Virus record (IMG/VR): IMGVR_UViG_3300042289_000986
Location: 147,588-211,587 of that record
Length of the DNA stretch: 64,000 nt
Direction: 5' to 3' (one strand)
In this document: positions 37,290 to 47,022 of the stretch, one piece after another
Layout: each line of letters begins with the position of its first letter
How positions within the stretch are numbered: position 1 is the stretch's first letter
Program-made: the position numbers and the translations under genes
Notes under the pieces: generated by a model
Databases searched by the model: none
Seen by the model: only the letters and a program-made list of their open reading frames with translations
Told to the model about the DNA's origin: nothing

Positions 37290-39158
37290 TTAGCTTGCTG
37301 TAGGAATTGTAGGAGTTTCTGATGCTGCCGTTTCTGGTGCTGCTGTTTCTCCTCCACCTTCCGTTCCAGCTTCTGCTTCAGGGGTTTCTGCTGCTTCTCC
37401 ACCGCCAGTTTCACCAAATTCTGGTATTTCGGATGCACTTGTTCCACCACCACCAGAATCAAGTCCACCGCCTTCTGTAGATGCATCTTCTGCTGCTTGA
37501 ATGTGTTCTCTCCAATTTGGACCTGTTGTTGCAATTTGTTCCAATTCCCATTTCAATGCTGCATCCTTTCTTAACCATTCCATATTTTCACTTATACGAG
37601 AATCATTATATTCCAGATAATGTCTTTGAGCAAAAGTTTTTGATATAGATTCGTTTTGACACATATCATTGAAAATTTTGAATTTTAATTCAAATTCTTG
37701 ATTTTTGCGAATAGCAAAGAAGTTTGATGGTGGATTAAATTCTAAATTAAAGTAAGATTCGTGAAGTTTGTAATCTTTCCACCAGTTTCTTATTTTTAAA
37801 TGTGTAATAAATGCGTTTTTAATTCCTTCTGCAAATTGACTTTGTAAACGGACAATAAATTTTGCAAAACGGAGTTCCTCTCTTAAAATTTCTGCACCAT
37901 CTTTGTAACCTTCTTCAGGATTTAATCTGGTTAAAGGAACTTTTAAACTTTTATAAAGTTTATTGACAAAATACATCAAGTCTTTAAGCTCTCCAAGGTT
38001 TTGTCCACCTTGCATTAACTCTACGTCTGATCCTTGTTCTCCAGAACGCTTGGCAAACCAATATGAGTCTAACATTGATTGTGGATCATATATATTTGCT
38101 GCTCCCGATTGTCCCTTATTACTATCGTAAGATTTTTTATTCCAATAAGATTGCATTAACTGGCGCAAATATGCTTCTGCTTTTGCTGGTGGCATATTTC
38201 CGACATCAATTTTGAATTTTAATCTTTCAGGGGCACGAACCATTCTATAAATAACAATAGAGTCTTCAATCAAAGAAAGTTGTTTATATGCTCTTCTTGC
38301 GTTTTCAATAAAAGGAACTCGCATCGTCATATCCTCATTCCATAAACCAGAATTTACATATGTTACTTGGTTTCCTTGAAACGTCACAATTTGTTGTTGT
38401 AAAGCATTTGCTGGAGTTGGTGGTTGGAAGTTGGATTGGCTTAATTGGGCCGCTGGATTTTGTTGTAAACTAATTGGTTTTTGAAAAACAAAATTTTGTA
38501 CAACGTTGTTTTGAACATTATCATATACCGGATTTATTAATTCAGAAGGAACACTCAAAACACCAATAATACCAAGTTCTTTTTTTGCTTCATGGATAAT
38601 ATTTTCAAAAAATACTTCTCCTTCTACTAATAATTGACGACAATATCCCCAACCTTTATTTTCAAAATCAAAAACATTTACGAACTTGTAAAATTCTTTT
38701 TCGAGTTCGCTTCTTTCTTTATTTTCTAATTTAGAAAAACTAGAAAATTGAATTTTTATAACTTTTCCATTTTCATCTTTATTGACAAATTCATCACAAA
38801 TTTCATCTAAACAATCGCCAACTTCAGCATAAGCTGCCATTCTTCTATATTCAGCCAATCTTCTTGTCTTATCAGTATCTACTTGGGCATAAATGTATTT
38901 GTGATAAGCTTGATCTGAAACAAAACTATTTGGACTATATGAGTCACCAACATCCTTCATATAAGGACCTGTGATGACAGATTGTTGCATCAACCTTAGT
39001 TCTTTTCTTTTAGAAAGACGGTCAAATAATTCATATCTTGGATTATTAACGTCAGCTTCTATTGTTTGTTGAACATAAGGAAGTTTTGATAAAATTGAAG
39101 AAACAAAACTTCTACCAGTATCTGGTTGACGGTTACTTGTTTGGAAAAAATCTGCCAT
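37290..39158 (-). CDS. gp20: Portal vertex protein (T4 gp20)
   Basis: YKQLSLIEDSIVIYRMVRAPERLKFKIDVGNMPPAKAEAYL, SMLDSYWF, YFVNKLYKSLKVP, ILREELRFAKFI. Confidence 0.96.
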   Translation of the reverse strand: MADFFQTSNRQPDTGRSFVSSILSKLPYVQQTIEADVNNPRYELFDRLSKRKELRLMQQSVITGPYMKDVGDSYSPNSFVSDQAYHKYIYAQVDTDKTRRLAEYRRMAAYAEVGDCLDEICDEFVNKDENGKVIKIQFSSFSKLENKERSELEKEFYKFVNVFDFENKGWGYCRQLLVEGEVFFENIIHEAKKELGIIGVLSVPSELINPVYDNVQNNVVQNFVFQKPISLQQNPAAQLSQSNFQPPTPANALQQQIVTFQGNQVTYVNSGLWNEDMTMRVPFIENARRAYKQLSLIEDSIVIYRMVRAPERLKFKIDVGNMPPAKAEAYLRQLMQSYWNKKSYDSNKGQSGAANIYDPQSMLDSYWFAKRSGEQGSDVELMQGGQNLGELKDLMYFVNKLYKSLKVPLTRLNPEEGYKDGAEILREELRFAKFIVRLQSQFAEGIKNAFITHLKIRNWWKDYKLHESYFNLEFNPPSNFFAIRKNQEFELKFKIFNDMCQNESISKTFAQRHYLEYNDSRISENMEWLRKDAALKWELEQIATTGPNWREHIQAAEDASTEGGGLDSGGGGTSASEIPEFGETGGGEAAETPEAEAGTEGGGETAAPETAASETPTIPTAS

Positions 39159-39234
39159 GATTATATTATATTTAGTCTGACTTATAAGTAATCAATGTTT
39201 TTTGTTTATTAAAGAATAAGTATTCAAAATTAGC

Positions 39235-39780
39235 ATGGCAAACACTTATATTCACACATTACCAGATGTTTTAGCAACTGATCCTAATGCATATACTATT
39301 TTAGATTATGAAAATCAATTTGAAGAATATGTAACAGCAAAAGTTACTCTTGCATCTTTAGCTAATTTTACAAACAATACATTTTTAAATAGTACACCAT
39401 ATTTAAATAGTCTTTCTGCTACAACATACGTAGAAAACAATAGCGCAAACATTCAAGGAATTTCAAATGTCGTAAATTCGTTTAGTTCAAACAGTATTAA
39501 TGTTAATACTTTTGTTAATAGTAATAGTTCAAATATACAATCTGTTTATACTCATTATAATTCACAAAGTGCTAATTTTGCGACTAGAAACTATGTCAAT
39601 GGCGGGTTTTTACCGCTGTCTGGTGGAGATGTTATTGGTGAATTGTTTGCTACACAATATGGAGTAGGAAACACAGTAATTGTCGATGGAACGTTGGGTA
39701 CGGTTGTTAGAAAAATGCAAATATTTGATATAAATGGCGCTTCTATAGGATTTATCCCAATTTATAATTCTATAACTTAA
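39235..39780 (+). CDS. Short fibre-like structural protein
   Basis: N/S repeats and ATRNYVNGGFLPLSGG motif shared with the other fibre genes. Confidence 0.6.
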   Translation: MANTYIHTLPDVLATDPNAYTILDYENQFEEYVTAKVTLASLANFTNNTFLNSTPYLNSLSATTYVENNSANIQGISNVVNSFSSNSINVNTFVNSNSSNIQSVYTHYNSQSANFATRNYVNGGFLPLSGGDVIGELFATQYGVGNTVIVDGTLGTVVRKMQIFDINGASIGFIPIYNSIT

Positions 39781-40334
39781 ACCAAATAAGAAATTGTTAT
39801 TTGTTGGTTTGTATCTGAAGTTAAAATAAATTTATTATCAGAAGCAACTAAAACAAATTCAACCATAAAATCCAACGGATCAATAACTTGGACACCGGAA
39901 ACACATGGAAGCTGTATATCTACTGCTCCAACAAATGAACTAACAAACGGGACACGACTATCTCTACTAAGTTTACCATATCCTGCTTCGTTTTCTATAA
40001 TAATATCAAAAAAACCATCTCTCTTTGGGGTTTGCGGTATTGTAAATGCTAGATATTTTTCTTTATAAATATAAAAAGGAACTTTAATTCCTTCAAACGG
40101 TAAATTTGATGCAGATAAGTTTTTAACAGCAGAAAAAGGATTCCAAATAGTTGTTCCTTCAAACATAACTTCATTATCAGGAACTAAATACACTGCTCTT
40201 ATATCAAAAAAATTATTACCTTTAACTAAAATGTTAAAATTTTGAACAGATGTCAAAAGCGGGTTAGTAACTACAAATTTATAAGGCTTAACATCGGTAA
40301 TTTTTGGTTTTCCGTGAATAAAAAAGCGATCCAT
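39777..40334 (-). CDS. IPT/TIG-like Ig-fold structural protein
   Basis: PKITDVKP...VKGNNF...FDIIIENEAGY. Confidence 0.55.
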   Translation of the reverse strand: MDRFFIHGKPKITDVKPYKFVVTNPLLTSVQNFNILVKGNNFFDIRAVYLVPDNEVMFEGTTIWNPFSAVKNLSASNLPFEGIKVPFYIYKEKYLAFTIPQTPKRDGFFDIIIENEAGYGKLSRDSRVPFVSSFVGAVDIQLPCVSGVQVIDPLDFMVEFVLVASDNKFILTSDTNQQITISYLV

Positions 40335-40408
40335 TGTTAATATTACTTATTAAAGATCTATTTGTTTTTATTTAAAGAAATAAATAAGTATAGTCTAAGT
40401 ATATTTGA

Positions 40409-41269
40409 ATGAGTTCTGTTTTACCAAATAAATTTCACGGAAGTACTACCTTTAATTCCAAAATTAAAAGCTATAATCACTTAGCCCAAAGAATTCGTCG
40501 TACTTTGGGTGAACCATTAGTTGAAATTGAAATAAGCAGCGAACAAATGTATGAGATAATTGATATTGCGGTAGAATATTTTACAAAGTTCGCAGGTGAA
40601 ACTGAAGAATATCTTATATTTCGATCAGATCTCTATAAAAGAGGGGTTGGACTTCAAATTGATAAACTTTTCAACGTTTCTCCAGAAATGTACAACACAA
40701 TGACAGATTCTTTGAGCGGTGGGTGGGATTCAGATTTGGATGAGTATAGAAGAGTAATAGATGTCTTTTCGTTTGCAGAGGGAAATAACTCTGGTGTTAA
40801 TACACTCTTTACAATTGAACACACAATAGCTCAACAAGCATATTTTGGACATCTTTTAGGTAATGTTGGTTATGATTTAGTTACTTGGCACACTTTAAAA
40901 AATTGGATTGATGTCAGAGAAAAAATATTGGGACTTATGCCTTATTTAAGATTTGATCCTGATACACAGATTTTAAAAATTATTCCAGAACCAAGTAATA
41001 CAGTTTACTATGGTTTAATAGGTTGCAAGCTTCAAAAACCACTTAAGCATTTAGTTTCACAACTTTGGGTTTATAGATATGCCTTGGCTTTATCAAAAAT
41101 AACCATAGGTCATGTTAGAGGAAAATATACAGGTACTAATTTGTTTGGAGGTCAAACTGTAAATGCATCTGATCTTATGAGACAAGGTGAAAAAGAAAAA
41201 GACGAACTTGAAAAAGAAATTATGACTGATCTCGTAGATCGTTCCCCAACCCGATTCTTTATCGGTTAA
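40409..41269 (+). CDS. gp13: Neck protein (T4 gp13-like)
   Basis: RTLGEPLVEIEI..EQ...IDIAVEYF; WVYRYALAL; GGQTVN; FFIG C-terminus. Confidence 0.85.
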   Translation: MSSVLPNKFHGSTTFNSKIKSYNHLAQRIRRTLGEPLVEIEISSEQMYEIIDIAVEYFTKFAGETEEYLIFRSDLYKRGVGLQIDKLFNVSPEMYNTMTDSLSGGWDSDLDEYRRVIDVFSFAEGNNSGVNTLFTIEHTIAQQAYFGHLLGNVGYDLVTWHTLKNWIDVREKILGLMPYLRFDPDTQILKIIPEPSNTVYYGLIGCKLQKPLKHLVSQLWVYRYALALSKITIGHVRGKYTGTNLFGGQTVNASDLMRQGEKEKDELEKEIMTDLVDRSPTRFFIG

Positions 41270-41270
41270 A

Positions 41271-41732
41271 ATGAATAAAAATTTAGGTAAAAAAAATAAA
41301 AATTTTGTTCAAGGAATTTATAATCCAAAAAATCCTCAAAAGTATTATGGGAAAGGACAAATCATTTATCGTTCCATGATGGAACTAAAAGCTTTTCGAT
41401 ATTTAGATAATAACCCCAATGTTCTCACATGGTCTTCAGAATCAGTAGTAATTCCTTATATATCACCAGCAGATGGTAGAATGCATCGTTATTTTGTTGA
41501 TTTGGTAGCAAAGTTAAAATCAAAAGATGGAACAATAAAAAAATTGCTTATTGAAGTAAAACCAGAAAGGCAAACCATGCCACCTACAGAATCTCCAAAC
41601 AAAAAACAAAAAACATTAATATATGAAAAATATCAATATGCGGTAAATACTGCGAAATGGCAAGCAGCGCAAGCATGGTGCAAAACAAAAGGTTACACCT
41701 TTTTAATTTTAAACGAAAAACATTTAAAATGA
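41271..41732 (+). CDS. gp4: Head completion nuclease (T4 gp4-like, TnsA-type PD-(D/E)xK)
   Basis: YNPKNPQKY, IIYRS, WSSESVVIPY, HRYFVD, LIEVKP, NTAKWQAA. Confidence 0.9.
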   Translation: MNKNLGKKNKNFVQGIYNPKNPQKYYGKGQIIYRSMMELKAFRYLDNNPNVLTWSSESVVIPYISPADGRMHRYFVDLVAKLKSKDGTIKKLLIEVKPERQTMPPTESPNKKQKTLIYEKYQYAVNTAKWQAAQAWCKTKGYTFLILNEKHLK

Positions 41733-41764
41733 ATAAAGTAAGTGTAAGTAATAATTAAAGATAT

Positions 41765-42436
41765 ATGAGTAACGTTTACAATCTGTTGGTTGAAACTCCC
41801 AATTATGAATTAAAATATTTGGTCGAAGAAAAAAATAGAAATTCACCATCAAGCGTTTGGCTTAATGGACCAATGTTAATGGCAAACAAGCCAAATAGAA
41901 ACAATCGAGTTTATCCATTAGAAGAAATGGTAAAAGAAGTAAATCGTTATACCGATGAAATGATTAGAAGTAGTCGAGCAACAGGTGAACTCAATCACCC
42001 AACAACACCAGAAGTTAATTTGGAAAGAGCTTGCCACATGGTAACAGAATTAAAACAAGATGGCGATATTTTTATTGGCAAATCAAAAGTTTTATCAACA
42101 CCAATGGGACAAGTTGTTCGTTCTTTGATGTTGGATGGTGTTAAATTGGGTGTATCATCAAGAGCACTTGGAAGAGTAGATGATAAAAATGGAATCGGGC
42201 ATGTTTCCGATTTTCGTTTAGTTGCTATTGATGTTGTAGCAGACCCATCAGTTCCAACAGCATTTGTAAACGGAATTTTAGAATCAAAAAAATGGGTACT
42301 TTCTAATAATGGAGAGTTTGAACCATTTTATGAAAAATTTGAACAAAGTATTTCAAAATTACCTAGAAATAATAAAAAACAATATTTGCAAGAATGTATC
42401 ATTCAATTCATTAACGAATTGAAATGTTTATCATAA
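41765..42436 (+). CDS. gp21: Prohead core protease (T4 gp21)
   Basis: NRNNRVYP, GELNHP, LSTPMG, GVSSRALG, DVVADPSVPTAFVNGILE. Confidence 0.95.
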   Translation: MSNVYNLLVETPNYELKYLVEEKNRNSPSSVWLNGPMLMANKPNRNNRVYPLEEMVKEVNRYTDEMIRSSRATGELNHPTTPEVNLERACHMVTELKQDGDIFIGKSKVLSTPMGQVVRSLMLDGVKLGVSSRALGRVDDKNGIGHVSDFRLVAIDVVADPSVPTAFVNGILESKKWVLSNNGEFEPFYEKFEQSISKLPRNNKKQYLQECIIQFINELKCLS

Positions 42437-42464
42437 ATGTAATTTAAAAAGATAAATATATAAT

Positions 42465-42674
42465 ATGGAAGCTCGTAAATTAATTTCAAAATTTTTAACA
42501 AGTCTTTGTGAAAAGAATTATTCTGAAGCACATAAAGATTTAGAAAAAGTTGTTGCTCATAAAGCAACAAAGAAAATTGCAAAAACTGCCGAAAAAGTAA
42601 AAGGCAAACCTGCCACAAAAACAAAAAAAGGAAAAGCAGGAAAAAATTCAAAAAACGTAACTAAAAAAGGATAA
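42465..42674 (+). CDS. Small Lys-rich prohead-associated protein
   Basis: 69 aa between gp21 and gp22, own TAAATA at 42453. Confidence 0.55.
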   Translation: MEARKLISKFLTSLCEKNYSEAHKDLEKVVAHKATKKIAKTAEKVKGKPATKTKKGKAGKNSKNVTKKG

Positions 42675-42691
42675 GTTATATTATAGATAAT

Positions 42692-43588
42692 ATGAACATC
42701 AAAGCAATATTAGAAAAATTTGATAAAGAAGTGCTCTCGGAAGAAGCAGCAACCGCCATTGCCGAAGCCTTCGAAACCGCAGTCAACGAAAAAGTTGAAG
42801 CAAGAACAAAACTCGAAGTTGAAAGCGCAGTTTCAAAAATCGATGAAGATCATGCTTCAAAATTAAAAAAACTTTTGGAAGCCATCGATACCGATCACAC
42901 ATCAAAATTAGAAAAAGTGGTTGAGGCTATTACAGAAAATCATACAGAAAAATTAAATCAAATTGCTTCATATTATCGCAAAGCCTTAAATGAAAAAGCT
43001 AATCAATTTTCAGAAAAAGTTATCAATGAGTTAAGCAACTACTTGGATCTTTATTTGGAAAAAATGCTTCCTCAAGACCAATTGACCGAAGCTGTCAATA
43101 ATACCTATGCTCGTAAGAAACTCGATGCAATTCGTAATTTAGTTGGCATGGATGCCGAATATATAAACGAAAGTGTCAAAGAAACCATTTCTTCTGGCAA
43201 AAAGAAAATTGATGAATTAACAGAAAAACTTAATGAATCTTATAAAGAGAATGAATCTCTTTTACAAAAAATTAAAAAAGCTGAAACAACAGTATTTTTG
43301 GAAGAAAAAACCAAAGGAATGCCTTCAGCTAAAAAAGATTTTGTTTTAAAATTATTGAACGACAAAAACAGTTCTTATGTTCAAGAGAACTTTAACTATG
43401 TTGTTGAGATGTTCGAACGTAGCGAAGAAGATGCTACAACTGAACTTGTAGAAGAAGCAAAGCAAAAGGCTGTAAGCCGTGATGCTAAAGTTCCTTCTAA
43501 AGAAGTTGTAACAGAATCAAAAGAAGCTACTCCTAACGAGGAATATAGTCTCGTTAGCGGATATCTGAATGAATTAAAAAGAAAGTAA
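42692..43588 (+). CDS. gp22: Prohead scaffolding protein (T4 gp22-like)
   Basis: Acidic coiled coil, FETAVNEKV, LSNYLD, position directly upstream of gp23. Confidence 0.85.
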   Translation: MNIKAILEKFDKEVLSEEAATAIAEAFETAVNEKVEARTKLEVESAVSKIDEDHASKLKKLLEAIDTDHTSKLEKVVEAITENHTEKLNQIASYYRKALNEKANQFSEKVINELSNYLDLYLEKMLPQDQLTEAVNNTYARKKLDAIRNLVGMDAEYINESVKETISSGKKKIDELTEKLNESYKENESLLQKIKKAETTVFLEEKTKGMPSAKKDFVLKLLNDKNSSYVQENFNYVVEMFERSEEDATTELVEEAKQKAVSRDAKVPSKEVVTESKEATPNEEYSLVSGYLNELKRK

Positions 43589-43626
43589 TTTCTTTTTAAT
43601 TCGTATTCTATCCATAGGAGAACAAT

Positions 43627-45084
43627 ATGAAAAACGTTAATCCAGCCACAGGCTACATTGACCGTTCTCGCGCTCAACAGCTTGTTGAGAAATGGGCACC
43701 AGTACTTGATTACACATCCGATAAGGTTGCGCCAATCGAAGACGAACATGCTCGTTTAACAACAGCTATTTTGATGGAAAACCAAGAAAGATGGTGCATC
43801 GAAGAAGGATCTGGTGGTAACTCAGCAGGACCTCTCGGAGCATTCGGCACAGGTGCAGGAACAACCTCACTCTACGCCCCTCCAGGAACGGTTACATCAG
43901 GAGATAGATATGCAACAGGAGATGCTCGCTTACCTAAGATTCTTATCCCAATGGTTCGCCGTACCTTCCCAGAGCTTATCACAAACGAGATCGTCGGTGT
44001 TCAGCCAATGAGTGGTCCAGTCGGATTGGCCTTCGCATTGCGTTATCGCTATGAAGCAGACAGTCTTGGTGCTAATGGCATCGACGGCTATGCTACAGGG
44101 TCAACCGATAAGGGACCAGGTGGTGTAGATCGTGGTGTATCAGACCAAGCAGAACTCGGATACAACTTCCTCGACACTCGTTTCACAGGAACAAGCTCAT
44201 CATTCTTAAGCGGAAACACTGATTTCAGTCTTATCCAATCAGATCGTGGTGTAGCAGCAATCTTGAAAGATTTCGAATTAACAGGAAACATTCCTCAAGT
44301 CACAGTAGAATTCAGCAAAACAGCCGTCGAAGCTGGCACACGCCGCCTCGCCGCTCGCTGGAGTGTTGAACTCGAACAAGACCTTAAGAACATGAACGGA
44401 CTCGATATCGATTCTGAATTAACAAACGCTATGTCGTATGAAATTCAGGCCGAAATCGACCGCGAAATGGTCATGAGAATGGTTCAAGTCTGTCTCAACG
44501 CTAACCAAGGAAACGGATACAGCTTCTGGTACGCAGCTTCAGCCGATGCACGTTGGCTCGGAGAGCGTAACCGCGACTTCTACAGTAAAGTGATTGTTGA
44601 GGCTAACCGCATCGCAATCCGCAACCGTAGAGGAAGTGCAAACTTCATCATTGCCACACCTCGCGTGTGTGCAATTCTTGAAATGTTGCCAGAGTTTCAA
44701 TGGATGCCAGTGAATGGCAACATCAATACGCAACCAACAGGCATTGCCAAAGTTGGTACGCTTGGTGGAAGATTCACTGTCTACCGTGACACTCGCACAG
44801 ATGCTCAGTATCTCGCAGGTCAAAGACAAACCGCACTGGAATATGCTCTGTTAGGTTACAAAGGAACTGAATACTATGACACAGGTATCGTATACTGCCC
44901 TTACATCCCAGTTATGATCCAACGCACTGTCGGTCCTAATGACTTCGCTCCTCGCGTAGGTCTTATGACACGTTATGGTGTTGTTGATCATATCTTTGGT
45001 GCTAATCTTTATTACCACCTTATCATCGTATCAGGTCTTGGAACAGCCAATGTCGCTCAAGACAATGGCCGTCTCTATCTGTAA
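43627..45084 (+). CDS. gp23: Major capsid protein (T4 gp23)
   Basis: EKWAPVL, TAILMENQE, IVGVQPMSGPVGLAFALR, WSVELEQDLK, EIQAEIDRE, YCPYIP, TRYG; SD AGGAG upstream. Confidence 0.98.
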   Translation: MKNVNPATGYIDRSRAQQLVEKWAPVLDYTSDKVAPIEDEHARLTTAILMENQERWCIEEGSGGNSAGPLGAFGTGAGTTSLYAPPGTVTSGDRYATGDARLPKILIPMVRRTFPELITNEIVGVQPMSGPVGLAFALRYRYEADSLGANGIDGYATGSTDKGPGGVDRGVSDQAELGYNFLDTRFTGTSSSFLSGNTDFSLIQSDRGVAAILKDFELTGNIPQVTVEFSKTAVEAGTRRLAARWSVELEQDLKNMNGLDIDSELTNAMSYEIQAEIDREMVMRMVQVCLNANQGNGYSFWYAASADARWLGERNRDFYSKVIVEANRIAIRNRRGSANFIIATPRVCAILEMLPEFQWMPVNGNINTQPTGIAKVGTLGGRFTVYRDTRTDAQYLAGQRQTALEYALLGYKGTEYYDTGIVYCPYIPVMIQRTVGPNDFAPRVGLMTRYGVVDHIFGANLYYHLIIVSGLGTANVAQDNGRLYL

Positions 45085-45102
45085 TCGAATAAGATCGCTC
45101 AC

Positions 45103-45139
45103 AAAAAAACCCAACCATCGAAAGGTGGTTGGGTTTTTT
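45103..45139. terminator. Bidirectional rho-independent terminator after gp23
   Basis: A7-CCCAACCATC-GAAA-GGTGGTTGGG-T6 between convergent genes. Confidence 0.9.
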
Positions 45140-45159
45140 ATTTAAAAAATAAAAAAAAA

Positions 45160-45483
45160 TTATTGAATAATTTGTTTTATAAGTTTATCAACAATGGCTT
45201 GGTCGTTTAAAGAACCAAAATTATTTGGAAATTTGTGTTTTAACGGGTTTAAAAATAATTTATTTCCTACTTGGTGTTTAAGCTCTTTGATAAATTCTTG
45301 TTTTTTATTATCATCTGAACTATTATAATATTCTTTTGCATTCATTATGAATTGATCATAAGTTGAATCATCATAATCCTCTGCTTCAAAGTCAAAACCT
45401 GCTAATTCCGTGTTTGTGTTGAACTTAATCCAAGGTGTTTCGTTTAAAATTTCGTTTATTTTTTGATCAAATAATTTCATCAT
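45160..45483 (-). CDS. Hypothetical late protein, possible internal head protein
   Basis: MKLFDQKINEILNE N-terminus; TAAGTA at 45487-45492. Confidence 0.55.
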   Translation of the reverse strand: MMKLFDQKINEILNETPWIKFNTNTELAGFDFEAEDYDDSTYDQFIMNAKEYYNSSDDNKKQEFIKELKHQVGNKLFLNPLKHKFPNNFGSLNDQAIVDKLIKQIIQ

Positions 45484-45499
45484 CAATACTTATTTAAAA

Positions 45500-45988
45500 T
45501 TATTCCAATCTTTCGTAATTACCTTCTATGATATCATCTTTGATTGATTTTTTTGCACCTTTATCAAATAGCTGAGACATTATCTCATCTCTTGTAGCAA
45601 TTAAAACATTTGTTTGTTGTGGAAGTTTTGGAAGTTTACTATTTGCTTCAATTTCCATTTTTTTAATTTCTTTATTACTTTTTTCTTGTTTGTTTTGAAG
45701 ATTAATTTTGTTAAGTTGATCCAATGCTTTTGTTGCGGAGTTTATCAATTGAGATAATGCTGCAATTTCTTTTGGATCACTACCTGTTAAAACATTATCT
45801 TTTAAAGATTGAACTGCACCTAATGTTGATTCTACTAATTCCGCAGATTTTTTATAAACGTAATCACCAACATTTTCATCGGTAACAGTCTCTGCATTAT
45901 CATTTTTATAAACCTTTGGTTCTGAAGGAACTGCATCGGCTTTTAATTCTTCAATAATAGAATCAATTTCGCTGTTTTGGTTTGACAT
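45500..45988 (-). CDS. gp16: Probable terminase small subunit (T4 gp16-like)
   Basis: Two-helix core (DYVYKKSAELVE...DPKEIAALSQLI) and C-terminal QQTNVLIATRDEIMSQL resembling the gp16 NxxFxGSTxEL segment. Confidence 0.55.
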   Translation of the reverse strand: MSNQNSEIDSIIEELKADAVPSEPKVYKNDNAETVTDENVGDYVYKKSAELVESTLGAVQSLKDNVLTGSDPKEIAALSQLINSATKALDQLNKINLQNKQEKSNKEIKKMEIEANSKLPKLPQQTNVLIATRDEIMSQLFDKGAKKSIKDDIIEGNYERLE

Positions 45989-46088
45989 TGTGAATATATA
46001 CTTACTTTCATACTAACAAGATAAAATACAAAATCAACTTTTTAGTATTGTCTTGATGTTTGTGGTTTTTGTGATAGAATTCATAATA

Positions 46089-47015
46089 ATGAATAAATAC
46101 CAAGATCTTTGGGTTCAAAAATATGCGCCCCAATCTTTAGATGAAATTGTTCTATCAGAAGAGAACAGGGAGTTTTTTTCTTCTATAAATGAAGACACTC
46201 CACATTTATTGTTTTATGGTAATGCAGGAACAGGCAAGACAACTTTAGCTAAGATTATTGTCAAAAACATTTTAAAATGTCAATATCTTTATATAAATGC
46301 TTCTGATGAAAACGGTGTCGATACAATTAGAAATAAAGTTATATCTTTCTCACAAACGAGAAGTTTAGATGGTAAAAAGAAAGTTATCATACTTGATGAA
46401 TTTTGCGGAACAACACCAGAAGCTCAAAGAATTTTAAGAAATGTGATGGAAGAGTATGCCAGCACAACTCGTTTTATTTTAACAGCAAATTATATCAATA
46501 GAATTACTGAACCAATTCGTTCACGTTGTTTGATTTTTAACATACAACCGAAAATTGAAGATATCTTAAAAAGGTGTTCTTTCATTTTAAAAAGTGAAAA
46601 TGTAAAAGTTGAAGATACTCAAAAAGAAAAATTAGTTAATCATATTAATTTGAATTTTCCTGACATGAGAAGAATCATTAATGATTTGCAAAAATTTTCT
46701 ATTCAGGGTCATCTTAATATATCAACTAAAAATCAAATAAAAGATATATCTCAAGAATTGTTTAAAAAGTTATTGGAAAAGAAAGGTGTTTTAGAAATTA
46801 GAAAATTTGTCATTGAAGAAGAAAAAAACTTTGCTTCAGATTATCAAAATTTGATGAAAGAGTTATTTGATTTGATATTTTATTCTAAAATTTCTGAGGA
46901 TAAGAAAAAATCTTTGTTATTAGATATTGGCGAACATATGTATAGAGACAATTTTGTAATCGACCACGAAATTAATTTCTTCTGTTGTTTGATGAATTTA
47001 CATAAAAGTTTTTGA
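46089..47015 (+). CDS. gp44: Clamp-loader large subunit (T4 gp44/RFC-like AAA+)
   Basis: LWVQKYAP, GNAGTGKTT, INASDENGVDTIR, IILDE, RFILTANY, IRSRC, FPDMR; start moved to ATG 46089. Confidence 0.93.
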   Translation: MNKYQDLWVQKYAPQSLDEIVLSEENREFFSSINEDTPHLLFYGNAGTGKTTLAKIIVKNILKCQYLYINASDENGVDTIRNKVISFSQTRSLDGKKKVIILDEFCGTTPEAQRILRNVMEEYASTTRFILTANYINRITEPIRSRCLIFNIQPKIEDILKRCSFILKSENVKVEDTQKEKLVNHINLNFPDMRRIINDLQKFSIQGHLNISTKNQIKDISQELFKKLLEKKGVLEIRKFVIEEEKNFASDYQNLMKELFDLIFYSKISEDKKKSLLLDIGEHMYRDNFVIDHEINFFCCLMNLHKSF

Positions 47016-47022
47016 TTGTAAA

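Noticed and set aside
37265-37534. Gln/Lys-rich alternate-frame ORF over the portal 3' end
   Set aside because: Out-of-frame reading of the low-complexity Glu/Gly/Ala portal tail; no promoter or frameshift signal identified.
41271-41732. TnsA-like transposase of a Tn7 element
   Set aside because: Motifs and position among head genes identify it as T4 gp4; no other tns genes or transposon ends.
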